Source: Bacteroidota bacterium
GTDB taxonomy: Bacteria; Bacteroidota; Bacteroidia; Cytophagales; Amoebophilaceae
NCBI GenBank assembly: GCA_046049605.1
Contig: JBJORC010000004.1
Coordinates: 1-35,946 of the forward strand
DNA length: 35,946 bases
Reading direction: 5' to 3'
The translations under genes were made by a program, and so were the position numbers. Position 1 is the first letter of the stretch. Each line of letters opens with the position of its first letter. The notes beneath the pieces are model-generated. The model saw nothing but the letters and a program-made list of their open reading frames with translations. It was not told the DNA's origin and made no database searches. This document shows, one piece after another, positions 8,766 through 17,745 of the stretch.

Positions 8766-8773
8766 CAAACATA
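8766..8773 (-). promoter_or_regulatory. Candidate Bacteroidota -7 promoter element (TATGTTTG) upstream of the 8714 gene
   Basis: The minus strand reads TATGTTTG, which matches TAnnTTTG, about 51 nt upstream of the ATG at 8714. There is no clean TTTG -33 partner. Confidence 0.25.
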
Positions 8774-8839
8774 CTAAAAGCCAAGTATACTCCCTATTAT
8801 TTTTTGGAGAGTGTGCGCCAAGTAGGATAGAGGTGAGCA

Positions 8840-8876
8840 TTATGCCCTTTCCTAATATTTCCTAATAAGGGCATAA
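8840..8876. repeat. Perfect 10-bp inverted repeat (TTATGCCCTT / AAGGGCATAA) with a 17-nt loop containing a direct repeat of TCCTAAT
   Basis: Read directly: ttatgccctt-tcctaatatttcctaat-aagggcataa. It sits in the 468-nt spacer between divergent genes. Confidence 0.6.
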
Positions 8877-9182
8877 ACACACAAGTACTCCAAGCGATTT
8901 GCCCTCCATCTTAACACCACATAAAGCACTTTCTTACTTGGCCTGCGAGACTATCATGGAGCTATAACTTTACTTCTTTGCAATAGGCGTTCTATGTTAC
9001 GTAACCCTATGCCCATCGCATTCCCTCTGCGGTAGGTCGTTGAGTTGCTATGATGGTTATATCTGAGATTCTAGTAAATTTGCAGCCCTCAAGCGCACTG
9101 CATAGTTGGTGTGTTATTTTTTTGCCACATGTAGATACCCCTGTGCTTTTGGGAGCAGGATTCCCTCATAAAATTTTAAAAC

Positions 9183-10499
9183 ATGATTTGGATACAAATT
9201 GCCATAGTTTTTATTGCCCTTTTTTTAGGTACAAGACTTCAGGGCATCAGCTTGGGCATTATGGGCGGGTTGGGGTTGGCCATCTTAGTTTTTGTTTTTC
9301 ACGTAAAGCCTACCGACCCTCCGACAGAAGTGCTGATGATTGTTACAGCTGTTGTTACTGCTTCAAGCACCTTAGAGGCGGCAGGTGGGTTGCGCTACTT
9401 AACCACACTAGCGGAACGATTCATTAGGAAATATCCACATAGGATCACTTTTGTTAGCCCGCTTATCGCGTATCTATTTACTTTTATGGGAGGCACTAGC
9501 CATACCATCTACGCCATACTCCCTGTTATTGCTGATGTGGCCAAAGATGTGGGTGTGCGCCCTTCTAGACCCCTGTCAATGGCGGTCATTGCTGCCCAGC
9601 AAGCCGTATTGGCTAGCCCCGTATCTGCACCTATTGCCCTTGCCGTGGGGCTTTTGGCGCCCTATGGAATAGGTCTGATAGATATCCTAAAAATATGTAT
9701 CCCCGCTACTTTTGGGGGTGTCGTGTTGGCTACTTTGGTGGTGAACAAGTGGGGAAAAGAGTTACATGAAGACCCCGTATACCTACAGAGAGTACAAGGT
9801 GCTCAGCAAAAGATGGAGGATCAGGTTACAAAAACCGATCCTGTACCAAGCTTGGCAAGGCTTTCTGTGATTTTATTTATGCTAGGGATTGTCATTATTA
9901 TGCTGTGTGGTGTTTGGAAAGGGTCGCGGCCAAGCTGGGAAATCAACGGAATTATGCAACCGATGGCGATGCCGATCGTGATTGAGATTGTGATGCTGGC
10001 TACTGCTGCCTTGATTGTGCTGGTGTGTAAGTTGAATCCCAAAGAGATCGTAAAAAGCAATGTCTTTGTCTCGGGTATTCAGGCTGTCGTAGCTATTCTA
10101 GGCATCTCGTGGCTAGGTGATACTTTTATAGCGGCCAATAAAGCTGAGATTCTAGCAGCGGTGCAAACCCAAATCACGCAGGCACCTTGGAAGTTTAGTC
10201 TGCTACTCTTTATGATGTCTACACTGCTCGTCAGTCAAACGGCTACCATCCGCGCTGTCATGCCTCTTGGCATCGCGTTAGGACTCCCAGCCGCTGCACT
10301 ACTGGCTGCATTGCCCGCTGTGAATGGGGTGTTTTTTATTCCTAACTACCCTACACTGCTTGCCGCCATGAGCTTGGACAGCACCGGCACCACACGTGTG
10401 GGCAAGTTTGTCTTGAACCATAGTTTTATGCTGCCCGGCCTTGTGGCTACCATTACTGCGGTACTCATCGCAGGCGTGCTAGTTAAGCTCCTTTTTTAG
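9183..10499 (+). CDS. Anaerobic C4-dicarboxylate transporter, DcuA/DcuB family
   Basis: A 438-aa polytopic membrane protein. The N-terminus MIWIQIAIVFIALFLGTRLQGISLGIMGGLGLAILVF and the block FMGGTSHTIYAILPVIADVA...RPSRPLSMAVIAAQQAV match the Dcu family pattern and length. Confidence 0.85.
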   Translation: MIWIQIAIVFIALFLGTRLQGISLGIMGGLGLAILVFVFHVKPTDPPTEVLMIVTAVVTASSTLEAAGGLRYLTTLAERFIRKYPHRITFVSPLIAYLFTFMGGTSHTIYAILPVIADVAKDVGVRPSRPLSMAVIAAQQAVLASPVSAPIALAVGLLAPYGIGLIDILKICIPATFGGVVLATLVVNKWGKELHEDPVYLQRVQGAQQKMEDQVTKTDPVPSLARLSVILFMLGIVIIMLCGVWKGSRPSWEINGIMQPMAMPIVIEIVMLATAALIVLVCKLNPKEIVKSNVFVSGIQAVVAILGISWLGDTFIAANKAEILAAVQTQITQAPWKFSLLLFMMSTLLVSQTATIRAVMPLGIALGLPAAALLAALPAVNGVFFIPNYPTLLAAMSLDSTGTTRVGKFVLNHSFMLPGLVATITAVLIAGVLVKLLF

Positions 10500-10588
10500 C
10501 AAGTACCCGGGGGTATAGGCTTATAGAGATGGGCTTGCTCGTGGTTTAGGGAAGCACCAGCTAGATGAGTAGCGCTTTGGTACTACGA

Positions 10589-11245
10589 CTATAGTTCTGC
10601 AAGTACAGAAATTCCTCCCCTCACTTTTTCTCCCACGCTTACTTTGAGTTGGACATTGAGTGGAAGAAAGACATCTACCCTAGAGCCAAATTTGATGAAT
10701 CCACACTCACTCCCTTGTTGCACTTGATCACCTTCTCGAAGATAAGACTTAATTCTTCTGGCAAGAATGCCTGCTATTTGGCGAAAGAGGATTTGAACAT
10801 CCTTGTCATGTTCGATTACGACCGTGGTGCGCTCATTCTTGGTGCTGGATTTGGGATGCCAGGCCACCCAATGTCTTCCTGGATGGTACTTAAAAAACTT
10901 GACAATACCCGAAATGGGACTTCTGTTGACATGTACATTGAAAGGGGACATGAATACGCTTACTTGTATTCGGGTTTCTCGTAAATATTCATCTTCGTAT
11001 ACTTTCTTAACCACTACTATCTTCCCATCTGCAGGTGCCAGTACACACCCTTCTTGTGGATAGATGACTCTATGGGGGTCACGAAAAAAGTAAATGAGCC
11101 ATGCATAAAATAGCGTGCTAATGGCCGTAAAGAGGGCATAATTTCGAGGCATCATTTCACAATGCTTGGCAAGGACCAAATGCGTACCCAGGAAAAAAAC
11201 AAATGAAACTAGTAGAATATTCTTCCCTTCTCTGTGAATACGCAT
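10589..11245 (-). CDS. psd: Phosphatidylserine decarboxylase proenzyme
   Basis: 218 aa. It contains APADGKI, VFMSPFNVHVNRSP.SG and the self-cleavage-type FGSRVD motif near the C-terminus. Confidence 0.85.
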   Translation of the reverse strand: MRIHREGKNILLVSFVFFLGTHLVLAKHCEMMPRNYALFTAISTLFYAWLIYFFRDPHRVIYPQEGCVLAPADGKIVVVKKVYEDEYLRETRIQVSVFMSPFNVHVNRSPISGIVKFFKYHPGRHWVAWHPKSSTKNERTTVVIEHDKDVQILFRQIAGILARRIKSYLREGDQVQQGSECGFIKFGSRVDVFLPLNVQLKVSVGEKVRGGISVLAEL

Positions 11246-11390
11246 TTTTTAGTTCGTGCTAGTTGAGCGGGTTGCTCCCCGGGGAGTAGTGTTTGTCGAT
11301 CGAAGTTGCTGTTGGTGCTTAGCCTCAGCGGGGACCGAAACTACAACTTTTATCTGCTTATACCTATAAGCATGGGTCAGGAAGAATTTT

Positions 11391-12215
11391 TCAGCGCGAT
11401 AGCTTGATCAAGGCTACAATGCAAGGGACCGCCAGCAAAAAGCTATCAAACCTGTCTAGAAAACCCCCATGGCCAGGAATCGTATCCCCCGAATCCTTAA
11501 TCTTGAGGCTCCTCTTGAGCATTGATTCTACCAGGTCGCCGTAGGTGCCGGCCACAATAACAATGCCGCCAATACCTAGCCATGTTTCTAAACCGATGAT
11601 ATTGAAATAGTTGGCTATGGCGTAACTCACGGCCAGTGCTAAGGCAGCGCCTCCTAGAGTCCCTTCCCAGGATTTATGAGGCGATATGCGTTGAAAGAGT
11701 CTACGGTTACCTATGCCTGAACCCACCAGGTAAGCTCCCGTATCATTCGCCCACAGGATCAGTAAAATGCCCATGACAATTTCGTGGCTGTAAACACCTC
11801 CTTTAGCAAAGGCAGTAATATGCAACAAAGCAAAGGGGCCACTCACATAAACAATACCCAGCAGTGTGTAGGCGATATTGGTAAAGGGAGTTGTTCCTTT
11901 TTGATAGAGTTCTATGAGGTAAATAAGGGCCACCATTGGGCACAATACATAAAGGTAGTTACCAGGTATATGCCCACTAGCAGATAGAAATACGAGTACA
12001 TAGGTCAAAATCCCTCCCCCAACCCCAAAAAATTTGTTGGGGCTTATGCCGCCAAGGCCAGCTAATTGATAAAACTCCAGCATAGCCAGTACAACTACGA
12101 GAGAAAAAAGTAAAAAATAGCTCCAGGCACTCCAGTATATAGCAATTACGACAATAGGCATGGCAATTAATACAGAAAGGGCTCTTTGCCCGAAGTGCCT
12201 ATATTGTGGGGACAT
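11391..12215 (-). CDS. cdsA: Phosphatidate cytidylyltransferase (CDP-diglyceride synthase)
   Basis: A polytopic membrane protein ending in SPHKSWEGTLGG....SMLKRSLKIKDSGDTIPGHGGFLDRFDS, the CdsA signature. I placed the start at MSPQYRHF (12215) for about 274 aa. The 49-aa upstream extension of ORF 11391..12362 lacks membrane character. Confidence 0.85.
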   Translation of the reverse strand: MSPQYRHFGQRALSVLIAMPIVVIAIYWSAWSYFLLFSLVVVLAMLEFYQLAGLGGISPNKFFGVGGGILTYVLVFLSASGHIPGNYLYVLCPMVALIYLIELYQKGTTPFTNIAYTLLGIVYVSGPFALLHITAFAKGGVYSHEIVMGILLILWANDTGAYLVGSGIGNRRLFQRISPHKSWEGTLGGAALALAVSYAIANYFNIIGLETWLGIGGIVIVAGTYGDLVESMLKRSLKIKDSGDTIPGHGGFLDRFDSFLLAVPCIVALIKLSR

Positions 12216-12441
12216 TATGCGCGCGATAGGGTGCCTGTTGGGTTGTGATCGACGGACTCTCTTGGTAGTTTCAAGGGGACTGCAACTTTGGTATCTGGAT
12301 AGCCCGACTATTATTGACGTTCCCAAGATACATTTTCTGTGGCGAATCTTTTTTATTACCACATCTATCGTAGCGATAAAATTAGCAAGAATCCATTAGT
12401 AGGCACTGTTAGGTAGGCCAAGGAAGTGTTAACTTTTGGAT

Positions 12442-13122
12442 ATGGTGCGTGATTTCTTCAATCTATTTTTCCCGAACTACTGCCTGACCTGTCCCAAGCT
12501 ACTTGTCAAAGGAGAGACATTGATCTGCACAGGTTGTCTCTACGATTTGCCCCAGACAAATTATCACCAAGAGCCTGACAATATAGTTGCCCAAAAGCTT
12601 GCTGGTAGGCTTCCCCTACAGTACGCTATGGCACTGTACAAATTTCGAAAATCAGGCAAAGTGCAGCACCTACTTCATCACTTAAAGTATAAGCACAAGC
12701 CAATAGTAGGAAGAGTGCTGGGGAGAAGATACGGAGTACTGTTAAAGGAAGCACATTTGAGCAACACTTTTGACCTCATTGTCCCTGTACCTTTGCACAG
12801 TAGTAGGCTGCGGGAAAGGGGTTACAACCAAAGTGAATTTGTTGCGCAAGGCCTTGCCGAGGTGCTTCATATCCCTTGGAGTAATAAGCACCTTAGGTGT
12901 GTTAAAAAGACAGTTACACAGACAAAAAAGAGCAAAGTGGAACGCTTAAAAAGTGTGGAAGATGCTTTTTATGCAACAAACATCACAGATATACGCCATC
13001 AACACCTGCTCCTGGTGGATGACGTCATTACGACAGGGTCCACATTGGAGGCCTGTGGCAGGGCTTTGTTGGCTGCTGGGATTAAGGAACTCAGTGTGGC
13101 CACCATAGCAGTGGCAGAATAA
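12442..13122 (+). CDS. comF: ComF-family protein (phosphoribosyltransferase domain)
   Basis: The N-terminus has a Cys-pair zinc-finger-like motif (CLTC...CTGC). The C-terminus has the PRTase motif LLLVDDVITTGSTLEA. Confidence 0.8.
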   Translation: MVRDFFNLFFPNYCLTCPKLLVKGETLICTGCLYDLPQTNYHQEPDNIVAQKLAGRLPLQYAMALYKFRKSGKVQHLLHHLKYKHKPIVGRVLGRRYGVLLKEAHLSNTFDLIVPVPLHSSRLRERGYNQSEFVAQGLAEVLHIPWSNKHLRCVKKTVTQTKKSKVERLKSVEDAFYATNITDIRHQHLLLVDDVITTGSTLEACGRALLAAGIKELSVATIAVAE

Positions 13123-13265
13123 AATTACCGATGCGTGCTGCTTACACTTGTCACTGCACACCTAAATCTAGTCATTGCATCAGAAGCTCCTTGGTCTAGA
13201 TATCTTCTAGTACTCACCTGAAGCCAGTAGCCACAATCTTTTCAGGAACATTCTTTTTCCTCCTT

Positions 13266-13475
13266 CTATAGAGACAAACCCTGGGCCCGTTGTCTGCTGC
13301 TTAAAAGGAAGGACATTAGCCCCCCTTTGCCATCGTAAACGGCGCACTTGTTGCCAAGCTTTTTTCCCTGGCCGGCTACTGTAGGGAGGCTAAGGCCTCC
13401 ACATCCGGCTGATGTTATGATTAGTAAGCCTAAAACAATTGCTTGCAAGCTGTAGAGAGGACTTCTCGTCTTCAC
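13266..13475 (-). CDS. Possible small lipoprotein (69 aa, GTG start)
   Basis: The N-terminus MKTRSPLYSLQAIVLGLLIITSAGC has a basic n-region, a hydrophobic core and a lipobox-like SAGC. The mature part is Gly/Lys-rich. I recognise no homologue, so the call rests on signal-peptide logic only. Confidence 0.4.
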   Translation of the reverse strand: MKTRSPLYSLQAIVLGLLIITSAGCGGLSLPTVAGQGKKLGNKCAVYDGKGGLMSFLLSSRQRAQGLSL

Positions 13476-13565
13476 ATTGTATCTTGTTAAGTGTCTACCC
13501 TTGTGTGCAGCATGAGCAGGTTAAGGGGAACAAGTATAGCCTTTCCTCTGCAAAGATTGCAAGTG

Positions 13566-14192
13566 CTATGGCCAGATAAGCTGCTCCTGGTCGTGTTGAA
13601 TGCACCCATTGGTTGTTGGCACAGAAGGGGTTGTGTTGCTCTGACCTGCTGCTGTCTTGCTAATGAAAATATGGGGTTTATTAACAAAAGAGATGGGCCT
13701 AATGATCACTTGAGGCATCCGCTTCCTGATAGCCGCATACGCAGGATAGGCCTCTAACTTATCTAGAAATTTTCCAATCCTCACTGTGTAATGAGGCAAA
13801 TCATAGACTACCTCAGGCTCGATGGCAGGATAGTGCGTGTATAGCTGGTTTTTGATCCTAAACGCTTCATCTCTACTACCTCCTGCGTATGCTTGAATGG
13901 TATAGCCTTGAATGTGCTTTATTTGCTCACTGACTTCCTTCTTGCGCGCTAGCAAGTAGTCGAGCTGGTTGGTAATGGCATGTGTGGAGGTTATATGGGT
14001 GGGTTTTTTCTTGTGGTTTGGCTGAACGGGTTTTTTGACTGCTGACTTGGCAGCCTTAAACTTCTTTCTGTGCTTAGCCAGGTTCTCACTATAGGTACTT
14101 TGAATATCTTTTTTGCACCATGTACCTGCAGTGACTGTTGCCAGTAATAAAAAACCTAGGCTTATAAAGCGTCTTGTTGAGTAATCAGGCAC
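13566..14192 (-). CDS. SPOR domain-containing protein (peptidoglycan-binding)
   Basis: There is an N-terminal membrane or lipid anchor and a basic linker. The C-terminal YTIQAYAGGSRDEAFRIKNQL....YTVRIGKF...EA fits the SPOR repeat fold pattern. It has a GTG start 18 nt after the secA stop. Confidence 0.72.
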   Translation of the reverse strand: MPDYSTRRFISLGFLLLATVTAGTWCKKDIQSTYSENLAKHRKKFKAAKSAVKKPVQPNHKKKPTHITSTHAITNQLDYLLARKKEVSEQIKHIQGYTIQAYAGGSRDEAFRIKNQLYTHYPAIEPEVVYDLPHYTVRIGKFLDKLEAYPAYAAIRKRMPQVIIRPISFVNKPHIFISKTAAGQSNTTPSVPTTNGCIQHDQEQLIWP

Positions 14193-14210
14193 GCGTTATG
14201 TATATGAGGG

Positions 14211-17200
14211 CTACTGAATTCTTACTACTCTGCACTTCTCGTTGGCTAGATCTTCTTCTACTGTTTTGAATTTAACGTTTTCTTTGACCCTGCCATCGGC
14301 ATAGTGTACAGTCACCCGTTGATTGCGTTGTGCTATCTTTTGCGATCTCAGTGGCTGTCCATGTACGTTAGTACCTGGCCCTTGTTCATCGGTATGGAGC
14401 AAAGATTCCACACTTTGTTTACTTTCTTGTAGGTGCGTATAGTCACTTGCATACTGTACTTCTTGTATTGCGTCGGGTTCTTTGAGCTGAAAGTCTGCGC
14501 TATTTAGGAAAGCGATGGTAGTGTGATTCACTTGCCGGATGAATTGTTGGAATGACTTGTAGCCTTCAAATTTATAGATCAGTAAAGGATCCTGGCGTTC
14601 ATACACAGCATTCTGGACAGACTGTTTGAGGTCGTCCATGGCTCTAAGATGTTCCTTCCAGTAGTGATCTATGAAATGTAAGGTAGCAGCTTTTTCTACA
14701 CCGTTGACAAGCGCTGCTCCTTTGGAGGCTATACATGCTGGGAGAGATGCTGCTACGTATAAGACTGTTATTCCGTCAGTAAATGGCCAAGAGAAGCGCT
14801 GCAAGGCTTCGCCTTGTGTTTGGTGCATGGCGCTGATGAGCGGCCAGGCTCTGGTTTGTAGGTACGCTTTCCTTTCTTCATATGCCTTCAGGGTTATTTG
14901 GTAGACATCCTTTATTTTTTGCGTTATATCTGCCTGGCTGCTGGCTGCATCGGTCATGAGTTCTTTGCCAAATATTTTTAGCAGATTCAGGGGCAGGCCT
15001 TTACGGTCCACAGTGCCTTCGCGGTGAGTGAGTAGGTCTGCCACGGTATCATACACCATGTTCATGGTATCTAGGTACGAACGCTTGCCTACCAGTGCAT
15101 GTCTTCTTCTTGTGTAGATGACTTCTCGCTGTGCGTTCATTACGTTGTCATACTCCAGAAGTCGCTTCCGAATAGCGAAATTGCTTTGCTCTACTTTTTT
15201 CTGTGCCCTTTCAATAGAGCGAGTAATCATGCTGTGCTGTATCACTTCTCCCTCTTCTAGGCCCATCTTGTCCATGATCCGCGCTATCCTTTCGGAGCCA
15301 AACAACCGCATCAGATTGTCTTCTAACGAAACAAAAAATTGTGAAGAACCTACATCGCCTTGTCTGCCTGCCCGTCCACGCAGTTGCCGGTCTACTCTTC
15401 TGGATTCATGCCGCTCTGTGCCAATAATGGCCAATCCTCCTGCTGCTTTGGCCTCTGGCGTAAGCTTGATGTCTGTGCCCCTGCCGGCCATGTTGGTGGC
15501 AATAGTGACAGTGCTTGCTTTGCCTGCCTCTGCAACAATTTCCGCTTCTTTCTGGTGGTGCTTGGCGTTGAGCACTTGGTGCTTGATCTTTTTCGCGGTG
15601 AGCATGCTGCTCACCAGCTCGGAGATTTCTACCGAAGTAGTACCCACCAACACAGGCCTGCCTTGCTGAGTGAGGATGGTGATTTCTTCGATAATGGCCT
15701 GAAATTTCTCTAGAGCAGTTTTGTATACCTTATCATCTTTATCTGCTCTGATGATGGGCCTGTTGGTAGGTGTAACGATGACATCCAAGCCATAGATTTC
15801 CCAGAATTCCCCCGCTTCTGTAGCTGCTGTACCAGTCATGCCTGCCAGCTTGTGGTACATGCGGAAATAGTTTTGCAGGGTAATGGTGGCATAGGTTTGC
15901 GAGGCCTTTTCTATCTTCACCCGCTCCTTGGCTTCAATTGCTTGGTGCAACCCATCCGAGTATCTTCTGCCTTCTAGTATCCTGCCTGTTTGCTCGTCTA
16001 CGATCTTGACTTTATTGTTGACAACGATGTACTCCACATCTTTCTCAAACAAGGTGTAAGCTTTTAAGAGTTGGTTAAGCACATGGATCCGTTGCGACTT
16101 GATGGTATAGTCATTGATCAGCACCTCTTTTTGGACATGCTTTTCCTGCTCATCAAGCGCTGTTGTATTTTCTATGTGTGCAATTTCCAGGCCGATGTCT
16201 GGCAGTACAAAGAAGTGAGGGTCTTCTTCTTTTTGGGTGATGTACTCTAGGCCCTGCTCTGTGAACTCTATGCTGTTATGCCGTTCATCGATGGTAAATA
16301 GCAGTGGCTCGTCTGCTTCAGGCATCATACTGGAGTTGTCCTGTAGGTAGTAGTTCTCCGTCTTACGCAGAATTTTTTTTATACCTACTTCGCTTAAGTA
16401 CTTGATGAGTGGCTTGTGCTTTGGAAGTCCTCTATAGGCCCTGAATAACGCTATGCCGCCTTCTTGTTCATTGCTTTCCCCAATCTTCTTTCTGGCTGTT
16501 TGAAGCAACTGGGTAACAAGTTCTTTTTGGGCCTCATAAAGCTTCTGTATTCTAGGGTTGAGTACATTGTATTCTTGCTCGTTGCTTTTTTCAACAGGCC
16601 CAGAGATAATCAGCGGCGTTCTTGCATCATCGATCAATACCGAGTCAACCTCATCGACCATGGCAAAGTGAGGCTCCCGTTGTACTAGCTCTTCAGGGCT
16701 AGTAGCCATGTTATCGCGGAGGTAGTCAAAGCCAAACTCGTTGTTAGTACCATAGACAATATCAGCCTGGTAAGCCTGTTGTCTTTCTTGTGAATGCGCG
16801 CGGTGCTTATTAATACAATCCACTGTAAGGCCATGGAACGTGTAGAGCGGGCCCATCCACGCCGCATCTCTCTTGGCTAGGTAGTCGTTGACAGTGACAA
16901 TATGGACTCCCTTGCCTACCAGTGCATTCAAGAAGGCAGGTAGTGTAGCTACTAGGGTTTTCCCCTCACCTGTAGCCATTTCTGCAATTTTTCCCTGGTG
17001 TAAGATGATGCCACCTATTAGCTGCACGTCGTAGTGCAGCATGTCCCATACCACTGGATTGTCTGCCGCTTCCCACTGGTTGTGCCAGATAGCCTGATCT
17101 CCTTGCATCGTTACATAGTCAGTACTAGCTGCTAAGATTTGGTCTTGTGCAGTAGCAGTCACCATGAGCTGTTTGTGCGCTTTGAACCTCCGTGCTGTTT

Positions 17201-17549
17201 CTTTGACGATGGCAAAAGCTTGAGGTAGGATGTCCATCAGTACTTCTTCGAGCCGTTGGTTGTACTGTTGCTTGAGCTTGTCTACCCCTTCATAGAGTTG
17301 CTCTTTTTTGTCGATGTCGGTCGATGTAGTCTCTTCTGCTTCCTTGTCTATTGTATCGCGGGCATCAACAATGGGCTGGAGTTGGCGTTGGATATGCTCT
17401 TTGAGTGCTAATGTCTTGCTCCGTAATGCATCGTTGCTTAAGTCCTTTAGCTGCTCGAATGCCGCATTGATTTGCTCAACATAAGGCCACAATGGTTTTA
17501 AATCCCTTTCTGATTTACTGCCGAATATTTTGGTGAATAGTTTGAGCAT
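14211..17549 (-). CDS. secA: Preprotein translocase ATPase SecA
   Basis: 1112 aa. It has Walker A MATGEGKTLVATLP, the DEAD-like MVDEVDSVLIDDARTPLIISG, TGTA, and NMAGRGTDIKL...GGLAIIGTERHESRRVDRQLRGRAGRQGD. Confidence 0.97.
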   Translation of the reverse strand: MLKLFTKIFGSKSERDLKPLWPYVEQINAAFEQLKDLSNDALRSKTLALKEHIQRQLQPIVDARDTIDKEAEETTSTDIDKKEQLYEGVDKLKQQYNQRLEEVLMDILPQAFAIVKETARRFKAHKQLMVTATAQDQILAASTDYVTMQGDQAIWHNQWEAADNPVVWDMLHYDVQLIGGIILHQGKIAEMATGEGKTLVATLPAFLNALVGKGVHIVTVNDYLAKRDAAWMGPLYTFHGLTVDCINKHRAHSQERQQAYQADIVYGTNNEFGFDYLRDNMATSPEELVQREPHFAMVDEVDSVLIDDARTPLIISGPVEKSNEQEYNVLNPRIQKLYEAQKELVTQLLQTARKKIGESNEQEGGIALFRAYRGLPKHKPLIKYLSEVGIKKILRKTENYYLQDNSSMMPEADEPLLFTIDERHNSIEFTEQGLEYITQKEEDPHFFVLPDIGLEIAHIENTTALDEQEKHVQKEVLINDYTIKSQRIHVLNQLLKAYTLFEKDVEYIVVNNKVKIVDEQTGRILEGRRYSDGLHQAIEAKERVKIEKASQTYATITLQNYFRMYHKLAGMTGTAATEAGEFWEIYGLDVIVTPTNRPIIRADKDDKVYKTALEKFQAIIEEITILTQQGRPVLVGTTSVEISELVSSMLTAKKIKHQVLNAKHHQKEAEIVAEAGKASTVTIATNMAGRGTDIKLTPEAKAAGGLAIIGTERHESRRVDRQLRGRAGRQGDVGSSQFFVSLEDNLMRLFGSERIARIMDKMGLEEGEVIQHSMITRSIERAQKKVEQSNFAIRKRLLEYDNVMNAQREVIYTRRRHALVGKRSYLDTMNMVYDTVADLLTHREGTVDRKGLPLNLLKIFGKELMTDAASSQADITQKIKDVYQITLKAYEERKAYLQTRAWPLISAMHQTQGEALQRFSWPFTDGITVLYVAASLPACIASKGAALVNGVEKAATLHFIDHYWKEHLRAMDDLKQSVQNAVYERQDPLLIYKFEGYKSFQQFIRQVNHTTIAFLNSADFQLKEPDAIQEVQYASDYTHLQESKQSVESLLHTDEQGPGTNVHGQPLRSQKIAQRNQRVTVHYADGRVKENVKFKTVEEDLANEKCRVVRIQ

Positions 17550-17745
17550 ATTACTTCAAATTTATTTATACCCGTTGGGCATTGCCTTGCGGAGCGCGTA
17601 ACCTTCCACTTAGTAAACCAGACTAGGCATGTTTCGGAATTTCAAACTGGTTTTCATGCTCTTTGCTCCAGGCAACCTTTTGCCGATGCTAGTAATGCCG
17701 TTATCAAGGCCCTTTACCACTTGTTATTGACAGAACAGGTACGCC

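Noticed and set aside
6728-9182. Flanking direct or inverted repeats that would mark the coiled-coil cassette as a mobile insertion
   Set aside because: By eye I found only a shared 7-mer (tgacagg) with loosely similar context in the two flanks. That is too weak to claim insertion boundaries.
9050-9427. A 125-aa plus-strand ORF overlapping the dcu start
   Set aside because: It is out of frame with the well-supported Dcu transporter, Cys/His-rich, and without motifs.
11275-11286. Perfect 12-bp palindrome CTCCCCGGGGAG between psd and cdsA
   Set aside because: It is short, GC-only and isolated. It cannot form a hairpin loop and shows no flanking motif structure, so it is probably chance. It would be worth noting only if it recurs genome-wide.
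15118-15713. Plus-strand ORFs of 183 and 117 aa inside secA, and similar antisense ORFs inside tamB, ftsA, ftsZ, the permease and others
   Set aside because: They lie entirely within strongly supported conserved genes on the opposite strand or in another frame. Their products are Ser/Cys/Leu-rich with no motifs, which is typical of antisense frames of real genes.
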